Shown piece after piece: positions 39,618-51,651 of a DNA stretch of 64,000 nucleotides. This DNA comes from Bugula neritina (Eukaryota; Animalia; Bryozoa). A program made the position numbers and the translations under genes. The DNA lies in assembly GCA_964035545.1 (NCBI GenBank), contig OZ037770.1, positions 5,962,729-6,026,728 of the forward strand. Reading direction: 5' to 3'. The first letter of the stretch is position 1. Each line of letters starts with the position of its first letter. The notes below the pieces were generated by a model. The model had not been told where the DNA came from. It searched no databases and worked only from the letters and a program-made list of their open reading frames with translations.

Positions 39618-42387
39618 GAAACACACGCAAACACACGCACACCACAGACACACACACACACACGCACGCAAGCACGCACACGCACACACACACGCACACA
39701 CACAAACACATACGCGCACACACACACAGACAAACACCCAGACACACACACACGCACACGTACGCACACACTTGGACACACACACACGCACACACACGTA
39801 CGCACACGCGCATACACACGCGCACACACCACAGACACACACACGCACGCACACACACACAAGGCCTGTATTTTAGTGTTTATTTTGTAAAATATTGAGC
39901 CAGTATTAATGCTGATTTTTTTCACACATTTTACTCAAGACATACCGTATAGCCAGGTGGTTTTTATTGTTAACTCTTTTGTAGCTCTGCCAAGTATTAC
40001 AATAATTATAACAGATTACTCCAACTCATCAGTCACCTTATCCTGGAGACCCATTCAGAAAATAAAAGTTCTTTTCTACCTCATGGGCTGGAGGGCCAGA
40101 GTAAGTAAAACACAAGATTGAATATGTTGTTACAGAATTTAAAACTCTTAACAGTTTATAATATCTATAGCAACAATGAAAACATATTATTTCTCAAAAA
40201 ATAATATATAACATAATATGATAAAATATAATATATTTTTAAATAATATAATATTATATATTAAAATATAATATAACATAACATAATATAATATGATATA
40301 TTACAATATATTTTTATATAATCTGATTTATTATATATTAAAATAAAATATAACATAATATATATAATAACATAATGCTGCATGTAATATAATATTATAA
40401 TAAAACATAACATAATATAGTAATGTAACATAATGGAGTATAAGACATGTTTACAACATATATGTAATGAATAAGCTGAAATATTACACGAACTAAACAA
40501 AGTAATAATTCACAGCTATAACGGAAATAAGCAAGTTTTGCAGTCTAGCTCATTCTTATAGCATCTACTATATTTTATTTCAGCCAAATGGAATCGGCAC
40601 CACAAAACTAACTGCGGATGCTTCTAACTTTACTCTCAATTCACTCCAGCCAGGCTTTACATATATCTTCACTCTGCAGGCAGTGGTTGGAGGTGGACAG
40701 ATGAGGGTGGCGAGTAATTCAGCTACCTTCACCGCTAGTAAGTCTTTTAACTGCTTATAATATAATATGAAGTATTTTAAACTATTTTTAAAACGTTTTT
40801 ATAAAGAATTAAAGTGTATCTATAAAAGAGATCAAAATTGCAAATGCTTAAAACTTACTTTAAATTATTTTGATAAGTTGTATTTTATATTATATAATAT
40901 TACATTACATTATATTATATTATATTATTTTTTTATGCCTATGAAGGGAGTAAAAAATGAACTTGTAATCATATACTTTATATATAAAGATAAATGTAGA
41001 GGTAAATGTGGCAAACAAATCAAAATGAGACACAAAGTTACAGAAAATGCTGCTTGCTGCTTCAGTCTAAGTGATTGATTTGATTGAATTGCTAAACAAA
41101 GCTATACATGTGTGATATTTGTTGATCAGAGTTTACACTACATTCTAGAACCTTTGCCACCTAACAATCTGCAGGCAGACTTGCAAAAAAGAAGAGTTGT
41201 GTTCTCATGGTCACAAGCTCCTGGCTGGAGAGACAACTACCTTGTAGAGCTGGTAGAAGTTTTCACTGACCGAAATAGAAGTGGTGAGCTGTTGTTAATT
41301 ATTCAAAACTCCAAAATTATGTGAAACAAATAAATTTAATTTAGTAGTAAAAATTATAACAAAATTAATTTATCAGAAATTATAGCATATATTCAGACTG
41401 TTTCAGTTCGGTGGGAAGATATTTAATAGTTGACAATTCTTGATTATTAAAGTCATTAGATCACACAAAAGTTAAACAATAATTTAAAAAGATTTAACAA
41501 TTTTTCCAATATATGAGTAGGCTATGACTCTTTAAAATCGATCATAACTTGTTTATACAATAAATAGAGTCAGTGTGGAACCTAATTATAAAGATATCTT
41601 GTGTATAAAAAAAGTCACTCACTTTGATCAACTTAACTTAGCTAAATATTTTTAAGCCTATATTGTAAAAAGAGCAAACAAGTTTCAATTCACATATCTA
41701 TGATTTACGCAATAAATTTGCAAAATCATCAGTATCAGTTTTCATGCATATGTAAAGTTATAACAAAAATTAGACAAAATAGAAATCGTGGACTATATGG
41801 ACTCTATTACTTCAGGGTTTCCATATCTTTGCTGCAAAAATATTGTGTACATAACTAAACAGCCAATCAAAAAGCACTTATTTACTCATTGGCTATTTGG
41901 AAAACCAACTGATTTGAGAATTTAAGAAACATGTAAAATTAGCTACTTATCTAACCATTGTAGAAATAGTAAAGCAAATAAGGTCTAAACTTTGTTGTTG
42001 ATAAATTATGTTTTATGACGTTTGAGATGACTTGAGAAGACTTCACTTGCATACGTAATAATTGCAGAAACCTTTGTACTTGACGGAAACACGACAAGCC
42101 AGGAATACATGGTGAGGAGTGACAATGTAAAGCTGGTAGTATGCGTGCTTCAAGCCCTAGTTAACAGCACGAAAGAAAAAGTTATGCACAGCTCTGGAAC
42201 GATTGTTCAAGTGCCACTTCCACAACTAGGTATGCTACTGCAGGTAGCAACAAATATAATTTGAGCAACTTATGGCGAATATTTTAGTGACATCTAAATT
42301 GCATTCAAAGTTTATACAAAGATATGGATTTTCTGTGAAAAATATTTTATGCGCAGTATATTCACCTAGGTTTAACCAATTATATGA

Positions 42388-42467
<80 letters not shown>

Positions 42468-44471
42468 TATATATTAAAAACTTATTGAAAGTATGGCTAG
42501 GAGATTTTATGTTTGCTGCAACTATGGGGAACTTGGATTTATGAAATTTGTTATAGTCTTAGTGAAGATTAACAAGTTTGTTGTATCATCACTTTCTGTT
42601 CAAACTTATTGTTGAATCAACTTGGATAAAGTTTTAAAAAAGACTGTAAGTGTTTCATAGCTTGAAAATTTTCTGCTTTTAAATGAATGAATATTGCAAC
42701 ATATTTATCATTTACTGGTCTCTAAGTTTTCTTTGTTTTTTAATCGTCAGATTATAGTGCTCAAAAACTGAAATATTTTTACAGTTGAACGTGCCTGCTG
42801 TCATGTTCCTGGAGCCGTAATTTATTTCATATAAATTATGATTTCTTCAAATCAAAAGTCAGGAGTTTAGCATAAAGTTTATGTCCCAGAAACATTGCTT
42901 CACCTGAAATTCACGATAAAAATAATGTGTATACTACATTTATTGGCTTTAGAGAGCAGCCGTTGTCTAGGGGTTTGAATATCTGCCTAATAAGCACAAA
43001 ATCATGGGTTAGAGCCCCGACAAAGACCATTGGTGATGTTAGGAAGAGTATATTATACAGTCATCATTACTTCGGTGCCCCATTTGAATAAGTTCTTAGC
43101 TCGATTTAAAAAAGCTCTCCAATCATTGATGGCGACTATAAACTTGTGCAAGAAATACCATATTGGCTTTTGAGAGAACTTTGACGTATTATTGTGTTGT
43201 AGAAAACCCTGATGACTTCAGCACAAATATATTAGATACTACAACACAAGGGCCACATAAAACACGTCTCAATGCAACAACTGCACCATTTCTTCCAGGA
43301 GCACTCGCCGTGTGTATTTGTCTTATAGCTGTAATGAGCATTGGAGTGGCCGTAACTTTGAAACTCTTTTTCAAGCTGACAGTCCAAGGAAGCAAAAGTA
43401 TGCCCTGTAATATTACTAGTACTAAGAGCTAGCGCTATACATATTATAACCATAATATTACCACTAAATAACCCAATTTTCAAATGTCATGTGTTATTTA
43501 TTGTGCAACTAATATTTCCATGCTTCTCATAACTTTCATCCGATATATTTGTATTCAGATTATATATCTATTTGACAGACCTGGGTGCAGAGTCTAGAGA
43601 GAGAAGTGGAAGTGGGTACACAGATTTGCACATCTATGAAACAATAGATATTTCTAATGAGGGCTTTGTTGAGACCACCACCACCGATGAAGAAGGACCA
43701 CCTGTTCCTACCTTTATTGGAACCTTGGAAATGATGGAAGTAGTTAGAACTGACCTGGATTTAAACAGCTCATGCTCTTATCCTAAAAAAAATACAAAAG
43801 TCTCGCAACCTGATCATACTGATAAGTCATCAATTAACAAACAAATCACAACAGAACATTCTAAAGCTCCTGACAGACTTAGCAAGTGTGATTTAATTGA
43901 AAGTGACGCAATTAGCAGAGCCAAATCCATCACTCATCAGGTGCTTGATGGTGACGGTACTGGTTTCAAATCACAACCCAGTGACAAAAGTCACTCACAA
44001 AACAAATTATTGACCTGTATAGGCACAGATCAGATTACCGTACACAGGGACTGTCAGCTGCCACCTCCATTGACCTTTGACTCAAATGCTGCTATAGTGG
44101 ACAAACAAATGACAATGAAACTTGACGTAGACAACAAGTTAGGATATGTCACTTTGAGTGATCTTACTGGCTATGAGCCCCTGTTAACGAGGGGTGTAGA
44201 TAACACTCCGTACGCAGTGATAGATGTAGAAACCGGGCAAGTGGGTAGGGCCAATAGTGAAGACTCTATCAACGCAGACAACCAGGTGCAGCCAAAGCCT
44301 GGTTATGTAACCCTAAGCGATCTCACAGGGTATGAGGTGATGACTGAAAGTGAAGGAAGTAGTTGCAGTGTGTATACAGGGCTAGATAAACAACCAGGCA
44401 AGGTTATCGCTGATCTACAACCAATACAGATGTGTCTTATTCAATGCAGTCAAACTCAAAGAAAGTTTTGA
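33798..44471 (+). CDS. Uncharacterised type-I membrane receptor: signal peptide, 5 fibronectin type III domains, TM helix, Tyr-motif cytoplasmic tail (~857 aa; ~906 aa if spliced to the SAM exon)
   Basis: Exons: 33798-33824 + 34465-34537 ([19 protein letters not shown], signal peptide); 36947-37219, 37579-37851, 38698-38970 (three 273-nt phase-1 FN3 exons with V-x-W, LxPG/QG-xx-Y-x-F-x-V); 39985-40100 + 40584-40737 (FN3-4); 41149-41283 + 42068-42229 (divergent FN3-5); 43203-43397 ([26 protein letters not shown]); 43579-44471. All phases compatible. Confidence 0.82.
33930..34370. repeat. Degenerate 9-bp (tatactgtg) tandem repeat
   Basis: Direct observation; intronic. Confidence 0.85.
35388..35455 (-). 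mobile_element. tRNA-derived SINE head or tRNA pseudogene
   Basis: - strand tgtggtgtaattggttagcg...ttgcaa...ggtttgaatccc has A/B boxes but no proper acceptor stem; a related decayed copy lies near 39230-39300 (+). Confidence 0.5.
36617..36914. repeat. (CA)n microsatellite
   Basis: Direct observation. Confidence 0.97.
39391..39860. repeat. (CA)n compound microsatellite
   Basis: Direct observation. Confidence 0.97.
42388..42473. repeat. (TA)n microsatellite
   Basis: Direct observation. Confidence 0.95.
42954..43152 (+). mobile_element. tRNA-derived SINE (same family as 23484-23684)
   Basis: gagcagccgttgtctagggg ... gggttagagcccc ... tgatgttaggaagag ... taagttcttagc ... gactataaacttg. Confidence 0.72.
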
Positions 44472-45456
44472 ATACGCCTGTGCTTTAGTCAAGTTTCTAA
44501 TCATAACATTCATTGCAGAATAAAATCATTCTACAGCCTCAGAAGTTTCTGTTGAGTTTCAACAGGCTGGCCTAATTGAAAATTTGCAAAAGTAGTCGAA
44601 AGACTAGGACTATTTCTGAGGTGGCTGACAATTGTACATAAAGTTAGAAAACCACATGCCAGACTTTAGTTGTCATACCATTGTACCCCTGTACCGGGGC
44701 ACAATGGACCAATATTTTCGTCATGAAAATTTCATTATTCTGAAAGTTGTGAGAGAGATAGAAACAACAAACTGATACCTGTAATAGACAACAGATGCGG
44801 CATTAAGACTAAAAATTATTGAACTAGTAACTTAAAAAACAGACGAATGAGAGCAACAAATGCAAAATTCGGCCGGTTGTGCCCCCCTCCCCGTTACCCC
44901 TACTTAATTAAGGAGACATTATGTACCATATTATGTATTTTTTGTCATACGATAGCATGTTCTAATAAAATCTCTATATCAGGTGAGCACCTGCTATTTT
45001 CTGTCAGGATGTCAGGTGAGCACCTGTTATTTCCTGCCAGGGTGTCAGGAAACTGGATTGGTAAAAGCGTCTCCTGTTCAAGTTTTGATGCAGTTTTCAA
45101 TGCACCATTTTTTCCACATGATACTTTATGACTGTGTCACTTTTGAACATCTGTTATATTGTTATAGCTGCTGTGAAATGAAACATGGGAGATTTTCTCA
45201 ATACTTTGTGCAAGATTTTGATGCTCAGCAATTTTTATTTTAAGAATTTATAGCTGCTAAATTAATTTCTTTGGTATTATGAGAGTATTTTCAATCTTTG
45301 AAACTCTGTTGAAAACAAGCATAGCGTTTAAACAAGGCTGTAAAAAGGAAGGTGTATTAGTGTATTACATCCTATAGTATGTTATACATACATACTTGAA
45401 GTCAGTGTACCAGATATACATTTTCTGTCCTATAGTACTGGTTGTGTGTGCTGCAG

Positions 45457-45677
45457 GTAAGAATGTTGAGTTATGGAGTACAGAAGAAGTGAGAGTGTGG
45501 CTGGATGCTATTGGACTCGGAGAATACAAAGCAGTGTTTGCTGAAAACTGCATAGAAGGGGAAACATTGATTAGCCTTAATAAAGCAGATGTGAAAGAAC
45601 TGGGGGTGGAGAAAGTAGGGCATCGGGTTAAACTCGATAAAGAAATTAGAAAACTGATTGCCGAAAGCAATGCCTAA
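45457..45677 (+). CDS. SAM (sterile alpha motif) domain terminal exon, probably the last exon of the FN3 receptor
   Basis: After ctgcag: KNVELWSTEEVRVWLDAIGLGEYKAVFAENCIEGETLISLNKADVKELGVEKVGHRVKLDKEIRKL, a canonical SAM signature (W-s-x-e-V-x-x-WL-x-x-IGL, I-x-G-x-x-L, LGV-x-K-x-GHR). Needs a phase-1 donor; candidate is the GC donor CAG|GCAAGG at 44397/44398. Confidence 0.78.
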
Positions 45678-45814
45678 AGAGATTAAAACCCATAATAATT
45701 TTAAAGATATAATATATTGAACTATCCTTACTTATTAGCAATATTATTTTTAGCATAAAACTTAACTGCTTATATTTTTATACTGTGGAGTTAGGATTAT
45801 TCCATTTTATATAT

Positions 45815-46122
45815 TGTGGTGGCTCGTGGAGCTACCAGCAGCACAGTACGCAGGGTCGCGTTATTGACCCAGAACAATGACAGCCAATTAGCGGCTTTAA
45901 TAGTTAGCAGCAGTAGTAGTTTTCCCGCTGTTAGTTAGTCGAAGTTAGAGTGTTAAATAGTCTAGATGTGTGGAATTGTCAAATGTATTTGTATCGTTTT
46001 TAGTAATGTATTACTGTGTTTAAAGTATATGCTCGTTCACTCGACTTATCCTGGTGCAGTTCTATAGCAAGTAATTAGACTCTCTGGATTGCATATCAAC
46101 CCTAATTCTGAAAATCATAACA
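45815..46122 (+). repeat. 5' LTR
   Basis: tgtggtggctcg...cataaca, preceded by ATAT. Confidence 0.95.
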
Positions 46123-46123
46123 G

Positions 46124-46141
46124 TGGTGGAAGCGGTGGGAT
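46124..46141 (+). other. Primer binding site, tRNA-Leu type
   Basis: TGGTGGAAGCGGTGGGAT is 17/18 complementary to the 3' end of metazoan tRNA-Leu(AAG/UAG) (...AUCCCACCGCUGCCACCA), recalled from memory. Confidence 0.75.
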
Positions 46142-46155
46142 AGTGCACATCCAAG

Positions 46156-47109
46156 ATGGAGACTGAAAATGCTGGAATGCAACCACCGGCAGTAGAAGGT
46201 GAGCGTAGAGACAATGCTATAGAGACAATGCCTGTCAACCATGTAGTAGAAGAGTGAAGGGTTCCGCGGGAACTAATTGAAGACCGCTACCGGTTAAAGG
46301 CGCCCACCTTCACGGGCGAAGAGGAGGTGGAGCAATTTATCCAAGAGTTTAGCGACGTAATGGACGTCGCCCAGTGGCCCCCGAGGGTGGCCCTGCTGAA
46401 GCTTAGAATGGCATTGATGGACAAAGCCAAACCTTATGGGCTGGGCGTAGACATCGATAATATCTTTGCTTCTCTGCGGGCCCGCTTCGGCCTCTCTGCT
46501 ACAGATGCCCGGGCCCAATTGCAGAGGTTGCGGCGTGATCCCTGCACCCCGCTACCGGAACATGCCGCCGCGGTCATGAAGCTGGCACAAATCGCATCCA
46601 GCGACTTGCCCCCAGTCAACCGCGAGAGGTATACCCTTGACGCCTTTATAGCATCTGTCGACGATCTGGGTCTCCACCACCAGTTTCTAGCTAGGGGAGT
46701 CACCATCGTTGAAGATGCTCTGACAGAGGGGGAAGCTTACCTCCTAGCCAATCAGATGCATAAAAGTCGCGGGAGCTCCCGTTAAGTAGAGGTAGACCAC
46801 GCGAACACGGCAGCGGGACGAGAGGAAGAAACCTCCGCCACGGCTGCCGTGGCTCAGTTAGCGACAGCATCGAAAGTCACGCAACTGACAGACATGCTGG
46901 CTAAGCTGATAGCAACACTGACACCCCAAACCCCAGTAGGTAACGCCGCTTAGCCCGTACGACCACCGGCGCCGCCACCGGGGGAAACGGTCAGTTTTTG
47001 CTGGGAATGCGGAAATCAAGGACATTTTCGCAGGTACTGTCCCTTCCTAACTCCGGAGTTAAACTACAGCGGCCCGCAGATGTTCCCACCTCTTGCGGGC
47101 CGACGATGA
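46156..47109 (+). pseudogene. gag: gag with CCHC zinc knuckle; in-frame premature stops
   Basis: KAPTFTGEEEVEQF capsid-like motif; CWECGNQGHFRRYC knuckle; stops at ~46255, ~46783 and ~46951. Confidence 0.85.
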
Positions 47110-50100
47110 AACCCCCAGGGAAGAAGAAACGCAGGTCACCTAGACGGGTGCCGCGTGCTGGCAACCAACAGTGGCAACAGCCGCGACGGACCAGCAAGGG
47201 GCCCCGCCCCGCCGCTGCCTTTTCCGTGCCCCTCCACAATCGATTCGACGGGCTACCAGCCTAAGAATCTGGATGGGAGCCAGCAAAGGTAGCCGGAAAT
47301 CTAGCCTCGGCACCTCCGAGGCCCATTTACCACCATCCCAAGAGACCTCCTTCGCGACCCAAAGCAAGGGAGGTACTCCCTGCGAGAGTAAGGCCTGAAG
47401 AGAGAGTTCAGGTGCAGCCCCATGGGAACAGCTATTTCTTGCCCGGTAAATTGGAAGGCAAAGCTGTTACTTTTCTCATTGATTCAGGCTGTACCACGAA
47501 TCTCCTAAGTCGCCAACTCTTCGACACCCTCAGTGCTAGGGTCAGGGACGAGATGGAACCATACGAGGGGGAGTATGGCACCCTAGCTGACGGGTCGTGC
47601 CTTCCCTTCTATGGTATAATTGAGCTGACGGGACGAGTCCGAGATCAAACGATCCAAGAGATGTTTATCGTCAGTCAGCTCAAGGAGGACGCCATCCTCG
47701 GGATGCCATTCCTAAAACGGCACGGATGTCACATCGATTTTCGTAAAAATGCGATGGTGATGTCCGGGCGAGAACTCGCCTGCGTCGACAAGTTCGGCCG
47801 CCCTTTAGTGGGAGGTGTGCAGGTGGTATGCAACCGTACCATACCAGGCCGCTCCCGGGCTACCATTCACTGCAGGATGAACAATAGCCGGATCTCTGGA
47901 CTCGGGGTGGTTGAAGGCGCGCACGAGAGGATCCAACTTGCCAGCAGTCTGAATCAGCTGACTGAGCAAGGGGAGATCTTAGTGCAGTGCGTCAACCCCA
48001 TTATCGAGTCTGTCAAGCTTCCGGCTGGGTCTATGCTGGGTCGTTTTCACTCTGTTCAGGAGGAGGACGTGGGCCCGTCGCTGGGTGATGCGACGGAGGC
48101 ATTCCCTCGGTGCCCTACTCAAGGGCGAGGGACAGTCCCAGCACATCTCCGGGAGTTATATGACACAGCCTGTGGCGGCTGCGCGAGTAACAAAGAACGC
48201 CAAGCTATGGCGAAGTTGCTACGCGACTACGGTGATGTGTTCAGCAGCGGAGATCATGACGTGGGGCTGACTGGAGTTGTCAGACACAAAATACCGCTGA
48301 CTGCAGGGACAGTCCCTGTCCGGCAACCCACACGCAGGCTGGGGCCGGAAAAAGAGAAGGAGGTTAGCCGACAAGTACAGGATCTTTTGGACCGCGGCCT
48401 CATAGAGCCCGCCCATAGTGCGTGGAGCTCGCCGGTCGTACTGGTCTGGAAGAAAGACGGCAGTTGGCGGTTCTGTGTGGATTAACGCAAACTCAATAGC
48501 GTAACCATACAGGACGCCTACCCTCTACCTCGTATTGATGAGTCATTGGACGCCCTGGCCGGCAGCAAGTACTTCAGTACGTTAGACTTGCTGAGTGGCT
48601 ACTGGCAAGTCCCTCTAAGTCCCGACGTCCAGGAGAAAGCGGCGTTTATCACACGGGACGGTTTGTGGAAGTGGAAGGTGCTGCCTTTCGGGTTAACCTC
48701 CGCCCCGGCCACCTTCCAGAGGCTGATGGAGCAAGTCCTCAGCGGGCTGCATTGGAAGACACTGCTGATCTACTTCGATGATGTCATCGTGATCTCCCCA
48801 GACTTCGAGACGCATGTCAGTCGTCTGCAGGAGGTCTTCGAGAGACTCCGAGGTGCCGGTCTTAAGCTCAAACCTTCCAAGTGCGCTCTATTGCAGCCGG
48901 AGGTCAAGTACCTGGAGCACGTTGTCGGTCGAAACGGCGTGGCAACGGATCCCGAAAAGGTACGGGCGATAGAAGACTGGGTCACCCCCAAGACTTGACC
49001 GGACTCCGGGCTTTTTTGGGGCTGGTAGGGTATTACAGGCAATGCATACCAGACTTTGCGGGCATAGCACAGCCGTTAAATCGGCTCACCGCAAAGGGGG
49101 TGACGTGGCAGTGGACCCCAGTCGAACAAAGAGCGTTCGACCGCCTCAAGGGCTGCCTACTAACGGCGCCCATCTTGGCCTACCCAGACCCCACTCTGGA
49201 GTACATCCTCGACACTGACACCAGTGACCAAAATGTTGGCGCTGTGCTGTCTCAAGTGCAGGAAGGCCGAGAGGTAGTAGTAGCCTACTACAGCAAGTCT
49301 CTCTCACCCACTGAACGAAGTTACTGCACTACCCGCAAGGAGCTGCTGGCAGTAATCAAGTCAGTGAAGCACTTCAGACCATACTTATATGGCAGGAAGT
49401 TCCGGCTGCGTACGGATCATGCCTCGCTGATCTGGTTGTGCAAGAGAGCAGAGCCCTCTAATCAGGTCGCCCGGTGGCTCGAAATCCTAGCTGAATTCTC
49501 GTACCGGATTGAACATCGACCGGGCAAGAGACACAGCAATGCGGATGGTTTGAGCCGCCGACCTGATGGAGGTTGCAAACAGTGTCTCAACATCGAGAGT
49601 AGGGACGGAGGTCCCCCGCGATGCGAGTTGGAAACATTGGCTCACTACGGAGCACCGTTTGACTGGGACCAAGGTCAACTCAGGCAGGAGGTTGACGAGT
49701 CCCCGGAGGTTGTACAGAACTTCCGCGCCAATCCTGTACTGGCCGATAATGTCCAGGAGCTGCAGAAGCTCCAAGAGGAGTTGCCTGGGGTAGTGGCAGA
49801 CATATATCGGGCCAAAAAGGACGAGCGACGACCCAGCGAGGAACGCATGCGGCAGGGATGCGCCGAGTTCCGGCTACTCTGCCAGCGTTGGGACTCGCTG
49901 AGGATCGGGCAGGATGGTCTATTGACCATCTCTCTAGCTGCCAACGGCAGACACCCGGAAAGGAAAAGGGTGGTCTGCCCCAGTGCCATACGCCGTGAGT
50001 TAATCTGTGACACTCACAAACAGGCCCACGCAGGGGTTAAGAGAGTGATCTCCAAATTGCAACTCCGGTGATATTGGCCCAAAATGGGGCGGGATGTCCG

Positions 50101-51410
50101 GCTCAGAGTAAAGCAGTGCGAAATCTGCCAAGCCAGCAAGCATGGCCGTCTCCCTGGTAAAGCGGGATGGCGGAGGCTATATGCTTGCAGGTCGTGGCAA
50201 GTGGTAGCTGTTGACCTGGTTGGACCCATGCCCCTGACCCCCAGAGGCAATAGTTGGATCTTAGTACTGACCGACTACTTTACTAGGTGGGCAGATGCTC
50301 TGGCTATCCCAGATGCGTCAGCCCCAACAGTGGCCAGGACGCTAGACCAACACGTATTCTGTTATTTCAGGCTCCCCGAACAGATACACTCTTATCAAGG
50401 CGCTCAATTCCAGTCTCAACTGATGGGCGACCTTTGCCACCTCTGGGGAGTAAATCAGAGTAGGACCATCCCCTACCACCCTCAAGGTAATTGGGTGGTG
50501 GAGCGCAACAACCGGATGCTAGGTGATGCGCTCCGGAGTCTCCTCCTCGGACGCAGCCAAGAGGAATGGGACACGGTGTTGCCGCAGGTCATGCGTGTAT
50601 ACCGTAGCACCCCACACATCAGTACTGGTGAGACCCCAAACCTCTTGATGCTCGGGAGAGAGACCCGGGTCCCTGACCATTTCACCTACCACGTTCCAGA
50701 GCTAGACAACTCGATTCACGAGTATGCCAGTGAACTAGTGGAACGGATGAAGGCCGCACACGATATACTGCGCGAACAGCAGTGGAAGGTGCCACACGAA
50801 GATTCTGAGGAACCACCCCTCTACCAAACGGGAGATAAGGTGTGGATGGTCAATTACCGTAGGCGTCGCGGACAGGCGGCTAAGTTACAGCCTAAGTTCG
50901 TGGGACCCTACGTGATCATCGAGGCTATGCCCAACCATACGTACAAGATTGAGCGCTCAGGACAGGTGTCTATCCAAAATGAGTCTCGCTTGATGTCGTA
51001 TTAGGCTAGCCCCGACGCGGTGGGAGAAGCCCCCCTGTTGTTGGAGCCCAGGAGGTAGACAACAACGCGTGGGCGACGGCGGCAGGCACCTGAATATGAA
51101 GTGGTCATACCGCGGGAGGAAGAATTGGTGAGAGATGAGCGATCGCTTTTACCAACAGAAGCGCGTCCGCCACCGCCAAATCTGATTCCACCACTTCCAG
51201 AAACCGAGCCGGTTCCGGAAGTGCAAACCCCCACGGAGGGAGGGGCTCCATCTGGAGAACAAGAAGAAATGACTACTAACGGTGAAGTAGAGACGCCACC
51301 AGAGGCCCCTACTAATATACCGGCGAGTGCGTCACCTCCCCTAGAGCGGGGACAACGTACGAGGCAACCCCCCGCCTATTTGAAGGACTTCGTATGCGAC
51401 TGCGTTAAAA
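47058..51410 (+). pseudogene. pol: pol (protease, RT, RNase H, integrase), disrupted
   Basis: FLIDSG protease; RT motifs LPFGLTSAPATFQ and YFDD; RNase H LDTD..., KELLAV, TDH; integrase HHCC zinc finger and core with second catalytic Asp replaced (IHSYQG); GPY module. Stops at ~47262, 48483, 50069, 51002 and a frameshift near 48990. The 3' end is approximate. Confidence 0.93.
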
Positions 51411-51651
51411 GCGGCGCGTATGAAAGTCTAGGGGAAAATCGTATGAGAAAAGTATCGAGCAAATGTGGGAGTCGTCAACACCACGGAAATATCAACTTTT
51501 GTATCGGCGGAAATAGAAACAAAATTCATCCGCCGGTGCACAAAGTCCTAATCACGCACCCCAACCACGTTACTCGATCTTTTCATACGCTGATGCAGTC
51601 AAGAGTAGACGTGTTCCTAATCAGTAGTCCAAACCATTTCACAAATTCAGT

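Noticed and set aside
36509-39925. Poly-CV / poly-HT ORFs suggesting Cys- or His-rich metal-binding proteins
   Set aside because: Translations of (CA)n microsatellites.
33798-44471. Receptor tyrosine phosphatase or Eph receptor call for the FN3 gene
   Set aside because: No PTP (HCSAG) or kinase motifs, and no ephrin-binding domain in the locus.
44686-44902. Possible MITE (ggggcacaa ... ttgtgcccc)
   Set aside because: Only a short inverted match and no clear TSD; insufficient support.
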